From contig OZ245817.1 of the NCBI GenBank assembly GCA_965228475.1, forward strand, positions 1,280,001-1,344,000: a stretch of 64,000 bases of DNA. The letters are read 5' to 3'. Origin of the DNA: Myxococcota bacterium. GTDB lineage: Bacteria; Myxococcota_A; UBA9160; JAFDDA01. Positions 56,964-64,000 of the stretch are shown here, one piece after another. A program made the translations under genes and the position numbers. Within the stretch, counting starts at the first letter, position 1. The number at the start of each line of letters is the position of its first letter. The notes below the pieces were generated by a model. It had not been told where the DNA came from. It saw only the letters and a list, made by a program, of their open reading frames with translations, and did no database searches.

Positions 56964-58106
56964 GTGCGCATCCTGCACGTCACCCACGATTGGAAGTGGA
57001 CGGGCCCCGCCGAGCCGATGCTCCGCCTCGCCCTGGCGCTCCGGGAGCGCGGCCACGAGACGGCCATCGCCTGCCCCGAGCCGCCGAGCCCCGAGCGGCG
57101 CTCGCTGGCGGGGGAAGCGCGCGCGGCCGGCATCGCTCCCGCCTGCACGCTCTCCGGAGGGCGCGGACCCGCGGGCCTCGGCTCGGGAGCGGACGTGGCT
57201 TCGCTGCGCGCGTTCACCGATGAGTTCGGCCCGGACGTCGTCCACGCCTGGCACACGCGCGACCATCTGCTGGCCTGGCGTGCGCTGCGGACCCGGCGGG
57301 CCGCGGGCGCGACTTCGCTCGTCCGCTCCTACCGCTCGGCGGAGCGGGTCGCGGCCACGCCGCAGAACCGCTGGCTGCTCGGGCCGGCGGCCGACGCGGT
57401 GCTCTTCCCCTCGCCCGAGACCGCCCGCCGAAACGCTTCCCTGCGCGGCGGGCGTGCCCTCGCCGGGCACTTCGGCGCCGTCGACCCGACGCGCTTCTTC
57501 CCCAAGGCGCCGGACCCGGGCGTGCGTGCGCGGCTCGGGATCGAGCCCCAGCATCGCGTGGTCGGCCTGGTCGCCCGGGCCCAGCGCCACCGGCGCTTCG
57601 ATTTGCTGCTCGCTGCCGCCAAGCGCCTGTTCGAGGAAGTCCCGGATGCGCGCCTCCTCGTCATCGGGCGCGGGACGCACCAGGAAGAAGTGGCGAAGGC
57701 GCCGGCGCGGGAGCTCGGCATCGCGGACCGCGTGCTCTTCCCCGGCTACGTCTCCGACGACTACGCCGAGGTGCTCCGCCAGATCGAGGTGATGACCTTT
57801 CTCGTCCCGGGCTCGGACGGAACCTGCCGGGCCCTGCTCGAAGCCGCCGCCTGCGCGATCCCTGCCGTAGTGACGGAGCGGGGCGCGCTCCCGGAGATCG
57901 TGCTCCATCGCGAGACCGGGCTCGTCGTGCCCGAGGAGCCCGCGGCGCTCGCCGGCGCGTGGCGGGAGCTGCTCGACGACCCCGAGCGCCGCGGCGATTT
58001 CGGCCGCGCCGCCTACGAGCGCGCCCAGGCGGAGTTCACGCCGGGCCGGTTCGCGGACGTCGTCGAGGGGGTCTATCGCGGCCTGCGGGAAGGGAAGGGC
58101 GCGTAG
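56964..58106 (+). CDS. GT4-like glycosyltransferase
   Basis: MRILHV, RALLEAAACAIPAV...GALPEIV...TGLVV. Confidence 0.82.
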   Translation: MRILHVTHDWKWTGPAEPMLRLALALRERGHETAIACPEPPSPERRSLAGEARAAGIAPACTLSGGRGPAGLGSGADVASLRAFTDEFGPDVVHAWHTRDHLLAWRALRTRRAAGATSLVRSYRSAERVAATPQNRWLLGPAADAVLFPSPETARRNASLRGGRALAGHFGAVDPTRFFPKAPDPGVRARLGIEPQHRVVGLVARAQRHRRFDLLLAAAKRLFEEVPDARLLVIGRGTHQEEVAKAPARELGIADRVLFPGYVSDDYAEVLRQIEVMTFLVPGSDGTCRALLEAAACAIPAVVTERGALPEIVLHRETGLVVPEEPAALAGAWRELLDDPERRGDFGRAAYERAQAEFTPGRFADVVEGVYRGLREGKGA

Positions 58107-58120
58107 GGCTTCGCCCTTTT
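58095..58120 (+). terminator. Possible terminator hairpin between convergent genes
   Basis: AAGGGCG...CGCCCTT followed by a short T run. Confidence 0.35.
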
Positions 58121-58143
58121 CGCCGGGCCGTCGGACCGCCGCG

Positions 58144-59913
58144 TTAGGGCGTGGTGCCCTGGAGCCCGACGAGATCCCGGTAGAGCCCTTCCTCGGCCAT
58201 CAGCTCTTCGTGGGTGCCGACGCGCGAGACGCGGCCCTCTTCGAGCACGACGATCTTGTCCGCGTGGCGCACCGTCGAGAGCCGGTGGGCGATCACGAAG
58301 GCCGTGCGGCCCTCGAGGAGTGCGTCGATCGCATTCTGGACCAGCCGTTCGCTCTTCGCGTCGAGGGCGCTCGTGGCCTCGTCGAAGATCAGCACGTCCG
58401 GGTTCTTCAGGATCGCGCGGGCGATGGTGATGCGCTGGCGCTGGCCGCCGGAGAGCTTTGCGCCGGCTTCGCCGACGTCGGTGTTCCAGCCGTCGGGCAG
58501 CGTGTCGATGAACTCGTCGACGTGCGCGGCGCGGGCGGCCTCGGCGACCTCTTCGTCGCTGGCCCCCGGCCTGCCGTACCGCACGTTCTCGCGGATCGTT
58601 CCCGAGAAGAGGAACGCCTCCTGGGTCACGACGGCGACGCGCTCGAGCAGCGAGTCGCGTTCGATCCGGCGAAGGTCGACCCCGTCGATGCGGATGCTCC
58701 CGTGCTGGGGGTCGTGGAAGCGCAGGAGCAGGTCGACCAGGGTCGTCTTGCCCGAGCCGGTCCGGCCGACGAGGGCGATCGTCTCGCCGGCCGCGGCGCG
58801 CAGGTTCACGTCCTGCAGCACCGGCTCGCGGCCGTAGGAGAAGGTGAGGTCCGTGATTTCGATGCCTTCGCGGATCGGGCCGATCCGCACGGAGTCCGCC
58901 GCGTCGACCACGCCCGGGTCTTCGTCGAGCACCTCGAAGAAGCGCTGGGCCGAGGGCAGGGCTTCCTGGAGCTGGGTCCAGCCCTTGGTGAGGAGCTTCA
59001 TCGGCCGGTAGGTCGTGAGCAGGACCGTCGCGAAGGCCAGCACGGTCCCGGGGGTGAGACCGAGCATCTCCTGCTGCACGCACCAGACGCCCACCAGGAG
59101 CACGCTGATGTTCATGACGTTGTTCAGCAGCTCGACCGAGGTGTGGGAGGACACGCGCGCCAGGATCACTCGCATGTGGCGGCGGAACAGTTTGTGGTTC
59201 TGGCGCTGGAAGGCGGCCTCTTCGGCTTCTTCGGCGCGGAAGGCCTTGATCACCTTGATGCCCGAGAGGATCTGGAGGAGCCGCTGGGTGACGTCCCCCA
59301 TCTGGGCCTGCCGCTTGCGCGCACCGCGTTCGATGCGGTTGCCGAAGAACGCGATCACCCCGATCAGGAAGGGCGCCACGAGCAGGCTGAGCAGCGTGAG
59401 TTGCCAGGAGATGAAGAGCAGCGTGCCCAAGCCCGCGGCCAGGCCGATCACCGATTGCGCGACGTCGCTCAGGAAGACGTTCAGGGCGCGGTGGGCGCGG
59501 CCGACGTCGTTCAGCGCGCGGGAGAGGATGTCGCCGCGGCTGCGGTCGTGGTGGAAGGCGAGCGGGAGGGCCAGGAGCTTTCCGCACAGCGTCCGCTGGA
59601 TGTCCATCAGGATCCGGCCGAGCGTGTACTCGACCAGGTAGTCCTTGCCGAAGTGGCCGATGGGCAGGGCCACGATCACCACGCCGATCAGCAGGGCGAG
59701 GGTCTCGATGCTCTGCCCGGCGATCATGACGTCGTCGAGGATCGGCTTCAGCAGGTAGGCGCGGAGGTTCCGTGAGCCCGAGTAGAGCGCCGCGAAGACC
59801 ATCGCGAGCGCGATGATGCCGAGGAAGGGGCGCGCGAAGCCGAGCAGCCGGCGGAAGACGACGCGGCGTCCGAGCCGCGAAGGGGCGGCGGGAGCGTCCT
59901 CCGAGGGAGACAC
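58144..59913 (-). CDS. msbA: MsbA-like ABC exporter (probable lipid A flippase); start uncertain (GTG 59913 or CTG 59970)
   Basis: TM domain plus GRTGSGKTT, LSGGQRQR, DEATSALD, IAHRLST; no msbA beside lpxB. Confidence 0.75.
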   Translation of the reverse strand: MSPSEDAPAAPSRLGRRVVFRRLLGFARPFLGIIALAMVFAALYSGSRNLRAYLLKPILDDVMIAGQSIETLALLIGVVIVALPIGHFGKDYLVEYTLGRILMDIQRTLCGKLLALPLAFHHDRSRGDILSRALNDVGRAHRALNVFLSDVAQSVIGLAAGLGTLLFISWQLTLLSLLVAPFLIGVIAFFGNRIERGARKRQAQMGDVTQRLLQILSGIKVIKAFRAEEAEEAAFQRQNHKLFRRHMRVILARVSSHTSVELLNNVMNISVLLVGVWCVQQEMLGLTPGTVLAFATVLLTTYRPMKLLTKGWTQLQEALPSAQRFFEVLDEDPGVVDAADSVRIGPIREGIEITDLTFSYGREPVLQDVNLRAAAGETIALVGRTGSGKTTLVDLLLRFHDPQHGSIRIDGVDLRRIERDSLLERVAVVTQEAFLFSGTIRENVRYGRPGASDEEVAEAARAAHVDEFIDTLPDGWNTDVGEAGAKLSGGQRQRITIARAILKNPDVLIFDEATSALDAKSERLVQNAIDALLEGRTAFVIAHRLSTVRHADKIVVLEEGRVSRVGTHEELMAEEGLYRDLVGLQGTTP

Positions 59914-59966
59914 CGGGGTGCCGGAGGCCGGTTGCGAGGGGTCCGAGGTGTGGGCCGAGGACGCCG

Positions 59967-60158
59967 TCAGGCGACCTTGGTGACGCGTCCGGAGCGGATG
60001 CAGCGCGTGCACACGTCGATGCGGCGCACGGTGCCCTCGACCACCGCGCGAACGCGCTGGAGGTTCGGGTGCCAGGTGCGCGACGTCTTGCGGTTCGAGT
60101 GGCTGACGTTGCGCCCCACGCGGGGACTCTTCTGGCAGACGTGGCAGACCTGGGCCAT
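59967..60158 (-). CDS. rpmB: 50S ribosomal protein L28
   Basis: CHVC...GRNVSHSNRKTSRTWHPNLQ...VCTRCIRSG. Confidence 0.96.
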   Translation of the reverse strand: MAQVCHVCQKSPRVGRNVSHSNRKTSRTWHPNLQRVRAVVEGTVRRIDVCTRCIRSGRVTKVA

Positions 60159-60242
60159 GGGGCATCTCCGTTTGCGGAAACGGCTAGTTAGCCCAAGGGG
60201 AGGGCCGCCGCAAAAGCCGGCCCGGGCGGGGGGCTCTGGCCC

Positions 60243-61661
60243 CTAGCGCAGCTCCGCCAGGATGGCGTCCCCGGCGCGCAGGCCGAGCAGGAGCTGTCCT
60301 TCGAGCCCGAGGCCCGCGACCTGCTCGAAGGGCAGGCGATGGACCGGCGGCTTGTTCGAGGCACGGGTCTCGACCTCCCCCGGCCAGCCCTCGCCGGCGG
60401 GCGGGTCGGCCAGCCGGCTCTCGTCGTCCCAGCTCGGGCGCGGGGTCGCCTGGCGCACCAGGCGCTCGCCGCAGAAGGGCATGAGCTCGCGGACGACCGC
60501 TTCGAGGGCGTCGGCCACGGCGTCCCGGGGCTCGCCCTTGGCCACCACCGCCGAAGCCACGACGTCCTCGAGGCCTTCGGCGTCTTCGCTCTCGGGCCTC
60601 GGGTAGCGGGCGATCGTGACGGGGCTCGGGCCCGGCGCCTCCGCCGAAGGGTCGGCCACGACGACGAGGGAGCGGCCCATGCCGTCCGGGACGGCGCTCG
60701 GGTCGCATTCGAAGTGGACCTGCACGCGGCGATGGCGGGCTCCCGGTGCGGCGTCGAGGAAGGCGGGCACCGGCCGGTCCCAGGCCCGGAGCCGCTCCGC
60801 GAGGGCGCAGGGCGCGGTGTTCACGATGAGCGTGCGGCCGGCCCAGAGCTCACCGACGCCGTCGACCGCGATGGCCGGGTCGCTGCCCGCACCCGCGAAG
60901 GAGAAGGGCGCGCCGATCGTGCGGATCTCGCCGTGCCGGGAGCGGATCCGCCGCAGCAGGACCTCCCGGAGGCCGAGCCCGGAGTGGGGGAAGGCCGCAC
61001 CGCCCTGGAGCGTGGCGCCGAGCAGGCGGGCCCGGGCCTCCGGGGTCGGAGCGGCTTCGCCGAGGTTCGAGAGCGCGCGGACCTGGGCGTCGAGCAGACG
61101 GGCGAGGGTGCCCTGCGCCCCGGAGGCTTCGACGGGCAGACCGCGCCCGTGCAGCGAAGGCCGGCCGCTCCCGCGAGAGAGCCCCCGCAGGCCCCCCGCG
61201 CGCACGATCGGCGACGCTTCCATGGCCCCCCACTCGGCCTCGCTCGCGCTGGCCAGCGCACGCGTCAGGTTGCGCGCCTCCTCGGGCTTCGCGAGGCCCC
61301 AGGCGACGAGCTCGTCGACGCAGAGCTGGGGTTCTCCGAGATCCACGCGTGCATCGGGGAGGATCATCTGGAGGGCGATCGCCTGATCCTCGAGGGCGCG
61401 CCGCTCGATCAGCGGGAGGCCGAGCTCGCGCAGGCAGACGTCGAGGGCTCCCCCGCGCGCGCCCGCCAGGTAGAAGGGCTCGCGCACCACCGCGGGCGTC
61501 TCCTCGGCGGCGTTCTCCTGGACGATCAGGATGCGCTCGCCTTCGATCGCGAGGCGCGCGGCGGTGACGAGGCCGGGGAGCGAGCTGCCGAGGATCACCG
61601 CGTCCCAGCGGCGCGCGTGGCGCGGGACGTTCGGCCGCCGGGACTTCCCGGCCGGGCTCAT
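60243..61661 (-). CDS. Degenerate FAD/NAD-binding oxidoreductase-like protein (possibly desaturase-related)
   Basis: WDAVILGSSLPGLVTAARLA.EGERILIVQE Rossmann-like start; C-terminal GLGLEGQLLLGLRAG. Confidence 0.55.
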   Translation of the reverse strand: MSPAGKSRRPNVPRHARRWDAVILGSSLPGLVTAARLAIEGERILIVQENAAEETPAVVREPFYLAGARGGALDVCLRELGLPLIERRALEDQAIALQMILPDARVDLGEPQLCVDELVAWGLAKPEEARNLTRALASASEAEWGAMEASPIVRAGGLRGLSRGSGRPSLHGRGLPVEASGAQGTLARLLDAQVRALSNLGEAAPTPEARARLLGATLQGGAAFPHSGLGLREVLLRRIRSRHGEIRTIGAPFSFAGAGSDPAIAVDGVGELWAGRTLIVNTAPCALAERLRAWDRPVPAFLDAAPGARHRRVQVHFECDPSAVPDGMGRSLVVVADPSAEAPGPSPVTIARYPRPESEDAEGLEDVVASAVVAKGEPRDAVADALEAVVRELMPFCGERLVRQATPRPSWDDESRLADPPAGEGWPGEVETRASNKPPVHRLPFEQVAGLGLEGQLLLGLRAGDAILAELR

Positions 61662-61731
61662 GGCCGTGCTCTCCGGGACTTCCCGGCCGGGCTCATGGCC
61701 GTGCTCTCCGGGACTTCCCGGCCGGGCTCAT
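61638..61731 (-). repeat. Perfect 35-bp tandem repeat (2.7 copies) forming ATGA-coupled 12-aa mini-ORFs
   Basis: CCGGGACTTCCCGGCCGGGCTCATGGCCGTGCTCT at 61638 and 61673, partial copy at 61708. Confidence 0.95.
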
Positions 61732-61762
61732 CGGACTTCCTGGGGAACCGGGCCGGCGGGGC

Positions 61763-62863
61763 TCATTCGAACCCCTGGGGAACCGGGTCGAAGACCAGCG
61801 AGGCGTCCTCCGGCCCCGACTTCTGGACGGTGTGGCCGATGCGGAACACCCGCTCGCCCATGCCGGAGAGGCGCTGGGTCATGTCCTCGGCGATGTCGTT
61901 CGCGACCACGAGCACCATGCCGATGCCGCAGTTGAAGACGCGCAGCATCTCGGCCTCGGAGATCTCGCCGTGGCGCTGGATCAGGCTCATCACCGCGGGC
62001 CGCTGCCAGGAGGTCGGGTCGATCACGGCCTGGACGGTCTGGGGAAGCACGCGGGGCAGGTTCCCGAGGAAGCCGCCCCCGGTGACGTGGACGATCCCGT
62101 GGATCGGGAAGTCGCGCAGCAGGTTCAGGATGGGCTTCACGTAGAGCCGCGTGGGCGCGAGCAGCGAGCCCGCGAGGGTGTTGTTCAGCTCCTCGTTCTC
62201 ACCCTTCCAATCGAGCTTGCCCGCGGCCACGGCGGACTCGGCGACCTGGCGGACGAGGGAGTAGCCGTTGCTGTGGAAGCCGCTCGAGCCGAGGCCGAGG
62301 ATCACGTCGCCGGCGCGGATGCTCGAGCCGTCGATCACCTTGTTGCGCTCGACCACGCCGACGCCGAAGCCGACGAGCTCGAGCTCGCCCGGCGGGTAGA
62401 AGCCCGGCATGGTCGCCGTCTCCCCGCCGAGGAGCGAGCAGCCCGCGCGGCGGCAGCCTTCGGCCACGCTGCGCAGCGCTTCCTTGGCCTGGCCCGTGTC
62501 GAGCTTGCCCATGGCGAGGTAGTCGAGGAAGACCAGCGGCTCGGCGCCCTGGACGACGAGGTCGTTCACCACCATCGCGACGCAGTCGATGCCGACGGTG
62601 TCGAAGCGGCCCATGTCCGCGGCGAGCTTCAGCTTGGTGCCGACGCCGTCGGCGCCGGCCACGAAGACCGGGTCCTTGTAGCGGTCGGGCGCCTTGAACA
62701 GGCCCGCGAACCCCCCGATCCCGGACAGGATCTCCGGCCGCGCGGTGCTGCGCGCGATGTCCTTGATCTCTTCGACGAAGCCTTCGTCGTGATCGAGATC
62801 CACGCCGGCCTGGGCGTAGGCGGGGGCGGTCGGGTTGCTCTTCGGGTCGTCGTCGGCGCTCAC
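61763..62863 (-). CDS. purM: Phosphoribosylformylglycinamidine cyclo-ligase
   Basis: YAQAGVD, GGFAGLF, DGVGTK, GGETA.MPG, SSGFHSNGYSL, HVTGGG, VFNCGIG. Confidence 0.97.
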   Translation of the reverse strand: MSADDDPKSNPTAPAYAQAGVDLDHDEGFVEEIKDIARSTARPEILSGIGGFAGLFKAPDRYKDPVFVAGADGVGTKLKLAADMGRFDTVGIDCVAMVVNDLVVQGAEPLVFLDYLAMGKLDTGQAKEALRSVAEGCRRAGCSLLGGETATMPGFYPPGELELVGFGVGVVERNKVIDGSSIRAGDVILGLGSSGFHSNGYSLVRQVAESAVAAGKLDWKGENEELNNTLAGSLLAPTRLYVKPILNLLRDFPIHGIVHVTGGGFLGNLPRVLPQTVQAVIDPTSWQRPAVMSLIQRHGEISEAEMLRVFNCGIGMVLVVANDIAEDMTQRLSGMGERVFRIGHTVQKSGPEDASLVFDPVPQGFE

Positions 62864-62869
62864 GAGGGT

Positions 62870-62898
62870 TGGATAGGAGAGGCGCGACCCCGAGTCAA
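62870..62898 (-). promoter_or_regulatory. Putative sigma70 promoter giving a leaderless purM transcript
   Basis: Minus strand TTGACT(62898-93)-N17-TATCCA(62875-70), 6 nt before GTG 62863. Confidence 0.5.
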
Positions 62899-62960
62899 TT
62901 CGACCGCCCCGTCGAGCGCTTTCGGGATGGCGGGCCGGGCCACCCCGTGCCCATGCTAGG

Positions 62961-63701
62961 ATGCGCCCCGTGGAGATCGGCGTCGTGATCCCGACGCTCG
63001 ACGAAGCGCAGAACGTCGTCGCGGCGCTGCGCAGCGTCGGGCGCGAGGGGCCTGGGGACGAAGCCTTTGCCCACGCCGGCCCGCCCCTCGCCGTCGAGAT
63101 CGTCGTGGTGGATGGCGGCAGCCGGGACGAGACCTGTGAGCGCGCCCGGAACGAAGGGGCTCGGGTGATCGAGCTGCCGAAGGACGCGGCCAGCGGCCGG
63201 GCCCGCCAGCTCCAGGCCGGCTTCGAAGCCTGCGAGGGAGACGCCGTTCTCTTTCTGCACGCCGATACGCGGCTCGTGCCCGCCTGGCGCGGCGCGGTCG
63301 CGGCGGCGCTCGCCGACCCGGCCGTCGCCGGGGGCGCCTTCCGCTTTGGCTTCGACCGCCGGGAAGCGCCGTCGTGGCCGATGAAGATCGTCGAGTGGGG
63401 AGCGCGCGTGCGGAGCGAACGGTTCGGGATGCCCTACGGCGACCAGGCGATCTTCGTCCGGCGGCCGGTGCTCGAAGCGATCGGCGGCGTCCCGCAGGTG
63501 CCGATGATGGAGGACCTCGATCTCGTGGATGCGATCAAGCGGCAGGGGAGGTGGGTGCAGCTCGAGGAACCGGCGCTGACCTCCGCGCGCCGCTACCGCG
63601 CCCGGGGAACCCTCCGGACCGTCGTCCGCAACGCCCTGGCCATGACCGCGTGGTGGCTCGGCCTCGACCGCGAGCGCGTGGCGCGCTGGTACCGCCGATG
63701 A
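62961..63701 (+). CDS. GT2 glycosyltransferase (TIGR04283-like); alternative start GTG 62970
   Basis: VVIPTLDE, VVDGGS.D, GRARQL.AG, FLHAD, PYGDQAIF, MEDL, TSARR. Confidence 0.85.
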   Translation: MRPVEIGVVIPTLDEAQNVVAALRSVGREGPGDEAFAHAGPPLAVEIVVVDGGSRDETCERARNEGARVIELPKDAASGRARQLQAGFEACEGDAVLFLHADTRLVPAWRGAVAAALADPAVAGGAFRFGFDRREAPSWPMKIVEWGARVRSERFGMPYGDQAIFVRRPVLEAIGGVPQVPMMEDLDLVDAIKRQGRWVQLEEPALTSARRYRARGTLRTVVRNALAMTAWWLGLDRERVARWYRR

Positions 63702-63724
63702 GCGCCCAAGGGGATCGCCGATGA
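63698..63724 (+). other. ATGA-coupled 8-aa mini-ORF bridging GT2 and the ABC gene
   Basis: MSAQGDRR; CGCCGATGAGCG repeated at 63693 and 63716. Confidence 0.5.
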
Positions 63725-64000
63725 GCGGCGCGAGCGACATCGCCAAGGTCCGCGAGGGCCGGAGCTCGGTGCGCGCGGCGATCGCGCGGCTCGGCCACTA
63801 CATCGTCCGCAACAAGGTCTACTACGGCATCTGGGCCGTGCTGACCGTCGGCTATACGGGCGCCTGGCTCGGCGTTCCCATCCTGACGGGCGAGGCCGTC
63901 GAGACCGCCGAACGCGCGCTCGGAGGCGAGGCCACCGTCGAAGACGTCGTGCGCATGGCGGTCTGGGTCGGCGTGGTCGGCGTGATCGGAGGCCTGCTTC
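63721..64000 (+). CDS. Membrane protein, probably ABC exporter N-terminus (3' truncated by window)
   Basis: Open to window end: MSGASDIAK...IARLGHYIVRNKVYYGIWAVLTVGY...VPILTGEAVE, similar to ABC exporter TM1. Confidence 0.6.
   Translation, partial: MSGASDIAKVREGRSSVRAAIARLGHYIVRNKVYYGIWAVLTVGYTGAWLGVPILTGEAVETAERALGGEATVEDVVRMAVWVGVVGVIGGLL

Noticed and set aside
61638..61731. 35-bp repeats as a CRISPR array
   Set aside because: Copies are head-to-tail with no unique spacers, and there are no cas genes in the window.
1..64000. tRNA, rRNA, riboswitch (e.g. FMN near rib genes), IS, prophage or defence systems
   Set aside because: No recognisable motifs, intergenic gaps are mostly too short, and composition looks uniform; a covariance-model scan would be needed to exclude small RNAs.

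Overview
A 64-kb, very GC-rich, gene-dense core-genome region, most likely from a Myxococcota/deltaproteobacterial-type bacterium (inferred from gene order and protein families). Main blocks: (1) yceD-rpmF-fabD-acpP-glyA-nrdR-ribD-ribH-nusB. (2) A complete chemosensory cluster (DUF4388 protein, CheY, CheA, 2x CheW, long MCP, Zn-ribbon/REC protein, HEAT protein, CheR, CheB, GAF protein, CheY) preceded by sigma28-like promoters. (3) lptE-holA, rpsT, a TPR/DUF4388 pair and phoH-ybeY-lnt-prfB (+1 frameshift)-lysS. (4) An envelope/LPS block: lolC/E, lolD, bamA, skp, lpxA, lpxI, gnnA-like, lpxB, waaA, lpxK, Kdo-kinase-like, lptF, two GT9, GT2, rfaE1. (5) yicC-remA-gmk-rel, two GTs, msbA-like, rpmB, a degenerate FAD oxidoreductase, purM, a GT2 and the start of an ABC transporter. 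I saw no rRNA, tRNA, CRISPR or mobile element. The most unusual signal is at gene junctions. Eight co-directional gaps are filled exactly by one to three 8-16 aa mini-ORFs joined to both neighbours by 4-nt NTGA stop/start overlaps, and a ninth chain is incomplete. Several look like tandem duplications of the junction, and all steps are 5 mod 6 nt. Also notable: a probable non-canonical phoH start, candidate leaderless genes, and absence of the FAS-II elongation genes, lpxD, ribE and leuS from their usual positions. All calls are by eye; no database search was run.
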